Shown: in pieces, positions 1 to 26,713 of the stretch
How positions within the stretch are numbered: the first letter of the stretch is position 1
Layout: every line of letters begins with the position of its first letter
Notes under the pieces: model-generated
Told to the model about the DNA's origin: nothing
Databases searched by the model: none
What the model saw: the letters and a program-made list of their open reading frames with translations, nothing else
Translations under genes and position numbers: made by a program
Assembly (NCBI GenBank): GCA_012295275.1
Contig: CM022673.1
Span: 5,952,001-6,016,000 of the forward strand
Direction of reading: 5' to 3'
From: Chrysomallon squamiferum
Taxonomy: Eukaryota; Animalia; Mollusca
DNA length: 64,000 nt

Positions 1-68
1 ATTTATATTGCATGTATGTATGTATGACTATATAGATATATATATATATGTACCTATGAATATATGTC

Positions 69-100
<32 letters not shown>

Positions 101-233
101 CGTAAGTATGTATGTATATATGTACAAACGTACGTGTATATAGTCAGATTTCTTTGCCTAACGGAAATGACCCACCAACTTTGCACTAAAGTTCACGACA
201 GTTTAAACGTCAATAAACAGTTGTTTCGTGAGA

Positions 234-267
<34 letters not shown>

Positions 268-2939
268 AAGGACAAAAAAGAGAGACGAAAAAAAAAGAGG
301 AAATTTGTTGGATGTTGATGTGGATTTCAGAACTTCAAACAAACAGTACAGCGTGATTTTGGCGTATCTGTCATGTCGGTCTCTGTATATCTGTTAGCCA
401 CATGCAAACATAACAGCATTCACGCTCATCACAAAACAATCACACAGCACCTGTACCCGCCACGAAATCCATTTATCTTTCCGGGTGTCGGACCAACAGT
501 CCCTTGGGAAAACGTGTACTGGAAACATGGCGGGAATCTTTGTTTAAACGTCTGCAACGTAAGCTTGGTTGAATGCGTGTGACGTGGAGTTTCTTTACGT
601 AGTAGAAGTATAGTTGTTGTCTGGGTTGTTACTGTAGTAGCAGTAGTAGTGGTATTGGTTGTGGTGGTGATAGTGTAGTATTAACTGTAGTAAATGTAAT
701 ATACCAGTACAGTAAAATCATTGTATGTATGCATATATGAAAGTATGTATTTATATATGTATGAATGTATGTATGTATGAATGTATGTATGTATGTATGT
801 ATGTATGTATGTTTGTGTACATTATTGTATGTAGGAAAATGTATTAATTCTTTCTTTTATATTACTGAAACTAATTAAATGTTTGTTTAAAGGTATATTT
901 ATAAAGGACAAGGTTTTAAATCACTACATCTTCATCTTTCACAATAACATTTTGTTTATTTTATGTATATCTGAAAATAACTAATTTAATTCACTTAGAA
1001 ATTAATATATATAATAATATTAACAACAAATGGTGAGCTCTTCTATAGACGAACCTTCCTTATTATAGATAATTTTAAAATCTTCAAAAATCGCAAAAGC
1101 TTAAGTTTTCAAAAGGTTATGTGAACTAGCGATAAAAGAATTCTGATACCCTCTGCTTTGTTTTATTTTTACTTTCTTCTTTTTAATACTTTTTTTTTTT
1201 TTTTTTTTTTACTTTTTTTAAATTTTTTTTTTTTTTTTTTTTTCCACACACAGTGTGCTTTCGGAGTTCAAGCGAAATGAAGCGGTTATTAAAGCAAGTC
1301 GAAAGAAAGAGCGGCCTGTCACTGACGAAGCAGTATGGATGCCGACAGCCTGCGCCCAATCTATCACCAGCTGCATGCAACATTTGAAGACTGCCTTTCT
1401 TTTATTTGTTCGTGTCTGTTGCGTGCTTTATTGCATACACAGGTGATGCGCACCACTGACACAGTCAATATTGAGCGATGTGGAGCACGATGATTTGGAG
1501 GAATGTACCCAAAGAAAAAAAAAAAAGAAAGAGTATTAATGGCTGCCTTTGTTGTTCCTGTTTATGACGTTTTGGAGCTTTTTGGAAGGGTGATTAAGGT
1601 TGAACAACCACTTTGTAATAATATCTTCTTTTTTTTTTTCTTTTTTTTTTTCCTGATAGAAATCCCTTGCAGTGGTAGGAAATATCAATAAATAGAATTA
1701 AGGCTTATAATGATAATATTTAAATATAAGTTACTTATATTCAAAATATTAAAAAAAAAAAAATGCATGAAAATGAAATTTAAATTATTTTGATGGTATA
1801 CCGAGAATTGTGTTGATATATATATACATCAAGATGAAGCACATAATCGAATTTACTGAAACAAAACCACAAGTAAACGTTTCGTTGTAGAAACCGTTCA
1901 GCTGTTTTTAAGTTTCTTCGTTTTCTTCTTTTCTTATTTCTTTCTTTTTAATAAATTTTATCTGTAATCAAAAATAAACACAGGTTTTTTTTTGTTTTTT
2001 TTTCCTTCGTCTTCTTCTTTTAATGAAATAAACACCATCTACCAAGATTTCGTTTTGACGGTTATCAGGTGGCAGTCATGTGATAGTAATATGAGAGAAA
2101 AATTCCACCAGGGTTTACTCTTATCGATTATAACGCTAGTTTTTTTTTTATATTCATAATTCTTTTCTCCCAAGATAGAAAAACGTATTCCATGGTACAT
2201 GTTATAGCCGTCACTAAATGTAGATTAAGAAAGAATGTAATAACTGAATTGGCGCCATATGTATTTGTTCAGTGGTGTTCATCGTCGTCGATATCATCAT
2301 CATCATCATCATCATCATAAATAGTAATAACGGTGACGATGATGATGATGTTGTTGCTGCCGGTGATGATGACGTTGATTATGATTACGATGAAACAGAA
2401 TTCATTAAAATAGAAAAAAAGTCTGTTTTCAACGAAAACACCCTGTCTTTTATCTGGAACGTGTCTTTATTTGACCCAAGTCTCTATCGCCCCCCAAAAA
2501 CCCTTTCATTTTTCACCCGCAGTCAACCATCTCACATATCACCGTTCTCTTTAATAGCACATACCCACATCATCTCTGTATCCTCAAAAACCACTTCTTT
2601 TTTCTTCTTTCTTTTTTTTTTTTTTTTTGCCACATTAAAATGTCCTGAGTACTTGTTTACGACCTGACGTCTTAGCTCGCGAGCTCAAATGGAGAAACTC
2701 TTCGTTTTATGTCGTTCGGCTGCACGTATAAATACGCTATTTTAGAAAATATGGCCGTGAAAGTCAAAACGCGCGCTGAAAGATACTGTCGATGATTTTT
2801 TTCAGCTTGCGAAACTTATCCCAAACATAAATCACCAAACTGTCGAGAGACTAAAACATATGTTTCTTACCACCGAGTACAAAGGAATTAGTGAAGTAAG
2901 GAACAAACAAACAAAAAAACAACAAATTCCTTCTAACAA

Positions 2940-3150
2940 ACAGTTGCGTGTACCCGAACTTAAGGAGTGCTTTCGTGTACGCGTACTCAGAGTTAGGTCG
3001 TAAAATCCCACAACTAAGCAATCCACGTCCGTACCAAATTAAGGAATGCTTGCCTGTACCCGTATCTAAGGAGAAATCGCACGAACTCGCATATAAGGAG
3101 TAGTGAATGCCCATATATAAAGAGTAGTCACGTAACTCATAACTGTATGG
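2940..3150. repeat. Degenerate ~27-bp tandem array (CGTGTACCCG.A..TAAGGAG-like)
   Basis: Unit starts at about 2947, 2974, 2999, 3026, 3053, 3080, 3104 with recurring GTACC/GTACG and TAAGGA cores. Confidence 0.6.
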
Positions 3151-3200
3151 TTGTGTGTGTCTTAATTTAATATCTACCTTCATATTTAATTTTAAATAAA

Positions 3201-3345
<145 letters not shown>

Positions 3346-4074
3346 CTTCTCTCTCATATATTTTTTTTTTCTGCAACATATTGAGACATGATGACACAAA
3401 GAAAAAGATATTATTAAATACGAAAGGGTATTCCTTGCGAAGATGCGTACATTTCTTTTCATCTTGGCGTGAGATTTAATTAGTTTTTTGAAATCTAGAG
3501 ACAGGTTCTCCCTATCCCAAAAGGCCATATTTTTGGTAAAAGCTGAGTTTACGACTTTGGCATATGGCGCGAAAACGTCATGGTCCGTTACCAGAAACCG
3601 TTCTGCAAGAACGACTTTCGGCAACATCAGGTGTTTCAGGCAAATTCTGCACTTCAAAGGGGTGACGCCAAGTTGAAAATAAAACAAACAATTTGGAAAG
3701 AAAAAGAAAAAAATATATATATATTTTAAAAGTAACAAAAACTTTTAACTAGTTGTTTCATTTCTGAACGGAAATGGATACGTCGATGATAAATTATGAC
3801 GGAAGATTACGAAAATTATTTTCATTCTGTCTCTTAGAAGTGAGCGAACCAAATATTAAAACTGGAAGACAGTCGAAGTAATAAAGAAAATTAATTACAT
3901 GAATATCCTGGTTTATCCAGTTTATTTCAATAAATCGCCTCGTTTGTTTATCGTAATTTTTTTAAACTCTTCATTTATCTAATGCGACTCTGAGATATTT
4001 TTTCATTTAATGATATTTTGATGTGAATTGCGTGTCTAGCATCCAGTTATTGTACAGTGATGATAAATACATAT

Positions 4075-4640
4075 CAACTAACTGTAACATATTTTAATAT
4101 GCAATTTCACTTTCTTACCGATTAATTGTAACTATTTTAATATGCAATTTAACTTTCTTACCGATTAACTGTAACATTGTAATATGCAATTTCACTTTCT
4201 TACCGATTAATTGTAACTATTCTAATATGCAATTTAACTTTCTTACTGACTAACTGTAACTTATTTTAATATGCAATTTAACTTTCTTACAGATTAACTG
4301 TAACATTGTAATATGCAATTCAACTTTCTTACCGATTAATTGTAACTATTTTAATATGCAACTTCCCTGACTTACTGATTAACTGTAACATATTTTAATA
4401 GCAACTTCCCTGACTTACTGATTAACTGTAACTTATTTTAATATGCAACTTCCCTGACTTACTGATTAACTGTAACTTATTTTAATATGAAGCTTAACTG
4501 ATAACTGATTATTTAACATATATGCAACTTCCCTGACTTAATGATTTCTTATTTTTTTAGTGATTACTGATTAACTGTAACATATTTTAATAGCAACTTC
4601 CCTGACTTACTGATTAACTGTAACATATTTTAATATGAAG
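4075..4640. repeat. ~42-bp minisatellite (GATTAACTGTAACATATTTTAATATGCAA....CTTAC)
   Basis: About 13 visible copies in two subtypes: TTTCACTTTCTTACC on the left, CTTCCCTGACTTACT on the right. Confidence 0.9.
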
Positions 4641-6938
4641 CTTGCCACAGAATCACTGGTTGAAGCGAGATTTTATTGTTATGATAAATAAATAGAAATG
4701 AACTAAATGTGATACTGAATAGGTTTCTTCAGGAATTAAGAAATCGGTGATTAAATAAATTAAACGTAGTAATGAATGATGATTACGAAAATGAACTGTT
4801 TTATATATAAAATTTCACTTTCTCACATGCACAAGCATAGAATCATCCCCCCAAAAATGTTGGTGATAAAATTAATTATATAAAATCCAGTAGTAATTAA
4901 TGAATAATGAACAAAAAAAAAAAATTACAGAAACGAAAAAATTATCAAAAATAGCATTAATAAAAAGCACACTGCCAATGACCAAAGAAGGAACGAAAGA
5001 ATGAAGCAAAAATAAATAAAAATTAATAACGAGTGAATGAATTAACAATCATGAACAACAGAAGGAACGGGAGGGGAGAAAAATAAAAAAAAAAAAAAAG
5101 ATTATCTTCCCAGATTTTTTTTTTTTTTTTTTTTTTCTCAGAAAAATCGTCATCAATGAATATCATCTTGTCGGAACAGATTCCATGTGTCACACGTCTC
5201 ATCTCCGAGGCAAGATAAATCTGAGTGTAATTCTGCAGGAGACGGGATCAATTAACGCCAATTAAAAGAGTCCTGTGATGCGCCGATAAGGCCAGCAGGT
5301 TGTCCTCACTTAATCTCTTTCCTACGACGTTGATGCGGCGAGTCCTGAAGGTGCGAGTCAACACGACGCAAAACACCAAAACAAATCACACAGCGACCAC
5401 CGGTCCACTGTAAAACAGTATCCAGTTCCAAGAGGACATGAAGAACACGTGAGGCCAGCGTAGCCGAGGATCTGAGACTTTGGAATTCGTGATGCTTTGA
5501 TGTTTATTAGATTCACCTTCCACTGTTGACTCTTTTTTTTTGTTGTGAAGTTCCTTCTTCTGGATCATCTTTGTCAGATTTAAGATGGTCTTGTTTTTGT
5601 TTTCGGACGTTGGTCAATGTGTGTGTATATGTCTGAGTGTCCGGATGATCAGGCGCGACAGGTGTGTGTGTGTGGGTGTGTGGGTGTGGGTGTTACGTCA
5701 TAAGGAGATAAGTGTTGGTGAGAAGATGAAATGGATACGATTTAACTGTATCTTCTGAAACCGATATGTAAACACACTGACGTAATAAGTAACGATTTTC
5801 AACGATACATTTATCAGTGTGTATACTTTTGTATGTAAGGATTATTATCGATAAATGTATGAATGTATGTATATGTATGTATGATGTATGAATGAATGCA
5901 TGTATGTATTTGTTTTTATTTATGTATGTATGTATATATGTATGTGTGTATGTATGTATGTATGTATGTATGTATGTATGTATGTATGTATGTGCTTGTA
6001 CATACGTATGTATGTATGTGTATATGCTTGTACATACGTATGTTTGTATGTATGTATGTATGCATGTATGTGTGTTTGTCTATTTTTATGCATCTATGAA
6101 TATGTTTATATACGTATAAGATACCGAGAAGAAATCTGATATTATGGAAATAATCCGTTACTGTTCTAAAACGTGTTTTTGAGTGCGTGTGCTTTCGCTC
6201 GTTTTTAAAATCTTTTTTCGTTTTCTTATGAAGAATTTGTCTGTTTGAACGTTTATATTTCACAATCATTCTTCAAATTTACCACAAAATAAACTAATTA
6301 TAACAACAACAATAATAATAATAATAATAATAATAAAGACTATGATAACAACAGCAGCAAAAATAACATTTATTATTATTATTAGTAGTAGTAGTAGTAG
6401 TAGTAGTATTTATTAGTAGCAGTATCATTATTACTATTATTACTATTATTAGTATTATTAATTCTATTCTTCTTATTATTATTACTATTATTATTGTTGC
6501 TGTTGTTGTTGTTTTTATTATTATTATTTAATTTTAAAATGTATTTATGAAAGTAGTAGGTGTAGTAGTTGTAATATAAACAATGATTATAGCTGTAACA
6601 GAAGTAGCAGTAGTGATTATAGAAGTCACTGCATTTATATAAACCTATCAGTTTTCTTTCTATAAATCTAATGTACTATTGGTTAAAATGATTTGTATTA
6701 TATATTTACCTAGAACTAAAAATTAAGGAGAAGCATGATCGGTCTTAATTTGTCACTCTGAACATTTTAATGTAGATATATATTAAAAAAATAATAATAA
6801 AAAAGCATTTTAGTTATATAAAATATACATACAAAGAGATATATACGTGTATACATCTTTTTCTCCATCCAATCATTGATTTTCATATGATGGTCCTAAA
6901 TCGTTAATCTTTTATTTACTTTATTATTATTATTATTA

Positions 6939-7022
<84 letters not shown>

Positions 7023-7775
7023 TTTTATTATTATTATTATTATTATTTTTTTTATCTATACGAATTGTTTATAATTTTTACGATTCTTTAAGATGACAAC
7101 AATTCCGAACAATTTCTCACTGTTTCAGTTCCTAAATGATAACTAATAATTAACACCATTCCAAAATGTTATATCAGTTAAACGATTCCTTAACACTATC
7201 AATTTCTAACGTTTCCTTAAGACTACACTAGTTATAATTCATTCCTATTATTCAGGTTATTCTTTAACGCTAAAGTAATCTTCGTTATTCCTGAACGTCA
7301 CGATAAATTCTAAAAATCCTTAACTCTAACAAATACAATTAATTTTTTTTGATACTACTGCATTTTGTGCTTTGATGTTTTAACTGCCCGTAAATATCTG
7401 CAAATTCCTAACAGTATATTAATAAGTAACAGTGATAAATAAATCGTTTTTTTTTTCTCATCATTTATGGCATGCTACATCTATGTCACGATCGATCAAC
7501 CATTTTCTGAAGTAATGAATAAATGTAAAACAAGAACATTAGTTTTTGTTACGTTCACTCTGGATAAAAAAAAAAACGATGAAAGAAAAAATTAATGAGA
7601 TATCCAAATTAATGACGAATTCTAAATAGTTATGTGTAAGTTTTAAATAATTTCAGTTATAGTAAAGAAACATAATATAACAAAAATTTAAAACTATTTT
7701 GGTGAGTGAAAACGGGAGTAAAACATAAATATATTATTTTTATTATTTTTCTTCTTGTTGTTGTTGTTGTTGTTG

Positions 7776-7819
<44 letters not shown>

Positions 7820-9025
7820 ATAGTAGTGGTAGTAGCAGCTGTTGTTGTTGCTGTTGTAATGGTTTTATTTTTTTTTTTTTTTTTTTTTATTTATGTTAAT
7901 ATTTTTCTTTATTTTTAAAATAACTTCTCATTGTTAAATTTGTAGAGAAATAATAACAACAATAAAAATGGTGATGATTTAATATAAAAATAAAATAATA
8001 ACTATATTTTTATTTTTTATGAAAATTCATTTTACAATAATAATGACAATTTTCCAAAAACATTTCACACTAATAACAAAAACAACAATACTAATAATAA
8101 CAACAACAACAACAACAACGCAAATCATTACTGTAATAATAATAACAATAATAATTGTAATAATTTATAAAAACAAATAATTAAATGTTAACATTATTTA
8201 TTTATTTTTTATTTAAATTATTACTGTTGTTGTTTTTAACTGTTATTACCTCTATTAATATAATTATTATTATTATTATTATTATTATTATTGTTGTTGT
8301 TGTTGTTGTTTTTGTTGTTGTTGTACAGATCTATTAAAATTCCTTATAAAGATAAATAATAGTAATTTAATTAATTTTAATTATCAGTTCTTCTTTGTGT
8401 CTAATAAACAGTTTTAATGTTTGTTTGTTGTTGTTGTTTTTCTCTCCATTTTAAAACTACTGAATAATAAAATAAATATTTATATATAAATCTTAAATAG
8501 TTTGAATTATTTACAACTAAGAAAAATAATTTTAAATAAGAAAAAACTAAAACTATTTTAAACAATGACTTCATTTACTTTTTAAAGAAAAATTGATAAA
8601 AAAAAAAAAAAAAAAAATAAATATAATTATACGGATAAATTAAAATAAATAAATAAATAAATAAATAAATAAAATAAAATAAAAGTAAAACCAGATTCAT
8701 GCTTGAAAATGTTATGCAATAAAAATTATTATTATTATTATTATTTATATTATTACTATTACTGTTGTTGTTTTGAATATTCCTAAAATTTAACGAAATC
8801 TTGTAAAAGCATATCATTTTAACAATACATTGCTTTTATATTTTAAAAAAAACAATAAATAAAAAATAAAAAAAAATAAAAAACAATCAAACGAACAAAC
8901 AGACAAACAAATAAATAAGTAAATAAATAAAGAAATAGATCCAACAAAGTAAAAATATATTATCCTTCTCGAACGAATATTTGGCGGTTTATATAAACAA
9001 ACTTCTTACTGCAATTTAAAAAAAA

Positions 9026-9056
<31 letters not shown>

Positions 9057-9686
9057 ATCTTTGAACAGTTTTTTTTAATATAAATAACTTATAAATCTTA
9101 AAATAATTCATTCTTCTGGAAATATCTTTTAAAATAAAATAAAAACCAATAAGTAAAAAAAAAAAAAAAAAGATTATACATCCATAAAACGGAAAGTCAT
9201 AACACATTGAAAAAAAAAAAAAAAAAAAAAAAACCACATTTAAAAAAACCTCACACACTTTACCCTGCATAGTGGTCTGAGATTTCATTTATTATTACAG
9301 AATCATGAATGGAAATTCCAGCTAATAGATGTATGTATATACATTTGCGTATTTTCCAGGCTGTGGGAGATGATCCGTGTTTTATCATTGTGACATGCCC
9401 GAAGTAGTGTGTACGTTTTACACATCAGTACCAACCCATTGGCTATGGAAAGACGCGTATGTGTATATAATTATGTTATTGTTCTTATATACAACATTGA
9501 TACAAGCTCGCTATCTCTCAGACATATAACTCTATTCCAATGGAGTTAGGAATCCCTTTATGACGTTTTGAAGAGACCGTCATATCGCCGAAATTTGTGG
9601 AAATTTACAAGGAATGCCGTAATAAACAAACGTCGAAACAAAGTCTTTGAGCAGACGTGATCTCTGTGATTTTCATCAGTGCTTAG

Positions 9687-9751
<65 letters not shown>

Positions 9752-10354
9752 GTCAGAATAAAAGAGAGAGAGACAGAAATTATTTGAATAGACATGTAAA
9801 GAGTTTGAGAAATAAACAAACATAAATATGGATAGAAGAACGGATGGACAGACAGATAAGCAGGCTTATATATACAGACACATAGATACGTAGAGACACA
9901 CAGATAGAGACAGACAGACAGACAGACATACAGACAGACAGATAGATAGATAGATAGGTAGAGAGACAGATACCAAAAGACAGCGAAAGAAAGGGAAAAT
10001 GGTTTTATATAAGATGTTTGATATTTTAAGATGGTTTATTTTATTTATTTTTTTTATATATATATATTTTTAAACTAATCATCTGTGTTTTAGTAAACAA
10101 GTGTTTTGTGTAAAATGAAGTAATAATTATAATATTATTCCTGCATAATAATTTTTCATAAACCCAAAATATTGTTAATAACCAAAGCAATAAAAATAAA
10201 CTCATTTAATTTATATTTAATAATAGGTTCCATGTAAGGAATTAAAATTAAACACGTTCATTTGTCTACGCTAATTAAACTTAACACTTTAACTCAGAAA
10301 TGTACAACTTATCTTGTACATTTCAAACGTTGATGAACGTGCGTCTTAGACAGC

Positions 10355-10445
10355 AATACGAAACTCCGCCCCTTTGCTGCCTCAAGACAAGATGATAAAC
10401 GAGCCTGTAGCCACGCCCCCTGAACCAAATACTAGTAAATACTGT
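10355..10445 (+). promoter_or_regulatory. Putative proximal promoter of the paraxis-like gene
   Basis: GC-box CTCCGCCC (~10364) and Sp/KLF-type GCCACGCCCCC (~10410) about 0.45 kb upstream of the ATG, where AT-rich sequence gives way to complex UTR-like sequence. Confidence 0.45.
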
Positions 10446-10830
10446 ACTGAAGGCACAACCACAAGGTACCGTTTCTTTGGTTGGAATTGTCTGTGAATCG
10501 TGCATATTGAGAAGTGTTTCCAAATATTGTGTATTCTTATCATTGGTTGTACGGGATCGTTGTAATGGTCTGTTGATAGAGTTCAGAACTGGTTGCGTAT
10601 GTCGAAGACCAGTTTTGTTAAACAGCAGAAGAAGTGAAAACCCATTTGATTCTTGTTCTGATGTAGGAATTACCACCAACAACAACAACAACAACACCAG
10701 CATCAACAACAATAAGTAACAAAATCGTCAACCAAACGAACCGTAAATGTGAACGTCAGTTTTTCTTTTGGTGGATTTATTTGTTCAGATTTTCTCTCTC
10801 TGTCTCTGTGTTTCTCTTTAAATTATAATC

Positions 10831-23952
<13,122 letters not shown>

Positions 23953-25690
23953 CCTTCACCTTCATCAGACAGGAAACAGTCCTGGTTTTGTCACGACTAC
24001 GACAGTGTTAATCGTTCTTGAAGTTTCTGACGTCGTTAAACTTGAGATATACAAACTATTTTCGCTTATAATAATGACGATTTGTGTTTTAATAAATACT
24101 ATCACAACAGATCGCTGTTATCGACATTCTGATTGGCTGTTTCGGACACGTGATCATGGTAGACATAAAGGCAGCCATTTGTTCATTTTGAATAAATTAT
24201 CATTATCATCACAGCGACTGGTTACTTGAACATGTGATTTTAACAATAAAGAAATATAGAGCCGTTTTTGTTAGTTGTGGAGAAGATTTCTTAACGAGAA
24301 GAGGAAAAGAGTTGAAGAAAAACGAAAAAAACAAACATTTTGCATAAAAATGCTTTTCTGTTTTTATTTGTTGATTATTGTGTTAATACCTCAGGTATTT
24401 ATGGCAGAATTTAATTATAAATAAATAAAAAGATATTAATGATGTGAATAGTTGTGTTGGTTTCTTTATAATAAAAATCTCTCCCTCTCACTCTCTCTCT
24501 CTCTGGTTGTGTATATACAAACAAGATAGAAAGATAGAAAAAATAGAGTAAGGACTGATCAAATTTTTACTCGAACATATGTCTCTCTTTTTCTATCTAT
24601 TTCGGTTCTCTTTTGTTTTAGTTTTCTAATTTATAAAAGGAAGATTTGTTTTAGATAATAATTTTTATTGATTGGTGATTATTTACACAGACAAATGTAT
24701 TTAAATTGCCCTGGTTTTATAAATAATTTAGGACAGTCGCTGAATGGCAATTAAACCTTTATTCAATGCAGATGACAATTACAGCTGAAATTAGATAATT
24801 AAATTAGATTATTTTCTTCGTTTAAAAAATAAAACAATTACATATACACCTGGTTTTATTTAGTAATAATATTACTACTAGCGTTAATTAAAACATTACT
24901 TTTTTCTCTGCCAACATACATTCGATAAATATTTTTTAATATTATCTCTCTTGTTTCTGCGTATCTAATCTTGTCGCAGACTGTATAAAGATACATTTTC
25001 ATCCTGGTTTTAATTATTTCGATCTTATGGAAGAATAAATATATCTTTCCTCCCTAGAGAATCTTTGACAATGACAAAACATAAGAGGTCTGTGGAATTA
25101 AAGCGAGGAAAGGATTATGTTTCTTTCAACTAAAATAGCAGTTTTCTAACTGATACGCTTACGCAAGCAAAATTCAGTAATTGTGGATACAAAAAGCAAA
25201 AGCAATTTATCCACAGAAGACCACGTAAAGAATGGTTATCAACCTAGGCCGTCCCTCAAAAAAGCCCTAAAGCGTATTCTTCTTCTGTTTTCTTATTTAA
25301 AAATTATAATTTTGAATTTTGTTTTATACAGTTTTTTTACGTATTAGGTTACCCTACTATCGCTGCTCTGTCAGTGATTTTATGCATTAACCAAATATTT
25401 TATAAAACGATTACAGCTAAAAGACTGAAAACATTTTGAACTAAGATTAAAATATTTCTTTGTTGGGCTTGTTAAGAAAAAAAATACAAGTTAGGCTTAT
25501 CTCCTATTAAAGTATTAAAATGAAGGTAGAGCAAAAAAAAAAGTAATTATTTCTGATATATGATTCCAACAACTACCAACATTAATGAATATAAACTGCT
25601 CTATGAAAATTTAAATTAATTTTTTATCTGTCTATTCATTAACAGCAATATCAACGAAAGAGAAATTTTTATTTTTATTTTTATTTTATT

Positions 25691-25765
<75 letters not shown>

Positions 25766-26525
25766 TTGTTTGGTCACACTCGCATATACAAATCTACATA
25801 TACTCTGATCTCATAGATCTAACAACGGCTCTTTGTGTAATTAAAAACATATTTTAAGTATTAAAATAAAAATTAACTCAATATTAAAAAATAAATAAAA
25901 GAGTTTTATCGCTTTTCTTCATTTTTTAATTAAATAAATAAAGAAAGAAGAAGAAGAAGACGAAATAAATAAATAAATGAATGAAAAAGAAGAAGAAGAA
26001 AATTATAGTGAGGCTCTTGGCTATGAAAAAGAAAAAAATTAAAAGAAAATACTGCTAAAATTTAATTAAGTGATCTTAATGCTCCTTAAATAAGCATAAT
26101 TATAGCAAACACAAACGCTTACATGTATAAACATCCAAAATATGCGTGTGTTTGTGTTTGTTTGTGCGTGTGGACACACACACAAACTCACACACTATAT
26201 TTTAAGCGATTAATTAAATATATTTGAATGTGGATAGTTTGGATGTAACAGATTGTTCTGAAACGTTCGACAATAAAGTTTTATTTTTAAAATAACATAT
26301 ATTAAGTGATGTTTTTTTAAGGGGGTACTTTTTCGGTGTTTTTTTTTTTTTTTTTTTTTTAAATATCTGCAACATTAACAGGACTTCAGGAGTTAATTCC
26401 CCTGTGTATTTCATAAACTGAAACACGTATCTAAATTCTTTACTGAGAGGATCAGACAGAGGCATTCATTTTATGACACAATTTTAACCCCTCTGAAAAC
26501 GCCCTAGAAGATCTAGTAAATTTAA

Positions 26526-26559
<34 letters not shown>

Positions 26560-26599
26560 CCCTAAAAATACGCCTATATAAAATTTAAAAAATAATGAT

Positions 26600-26713
26600 T
26601 AAAGGGCAAGTCACTCTACTGTATTTCCGGTTTCAGAGTTTGGGGAAGCAGACAGCTGTCAGGGTGAAATGTGGTTTCTTTAGCCAGATTGTGTTTGAGT
26701 AGATAGAAAGAAG
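26600..26713 (+). promoter_or_regulatory. EAF core promoter / 5' UTR with ETS-type motif
   Basis: ATTTCCGGT (ETS/GABP consensus, typical of housekeeping promoters) at ~26623-26631, about 90 bp before the ATG. Confidence 0.45.

Noticed and set aside
2940-3150. CRISPR-like or Shine-Dalgarno (TAAGGAG) array
   Set aside because: No identical repeats with unique spacers, no cas genes, eukaryotic context.
5888-6269. MYVC/HTYI ORFs (also 12428-13073, 18109-18345, 60517-61746)
   Set aside because: Translations of (ATGT)n, (AT)n and (GT)n microsatellites.
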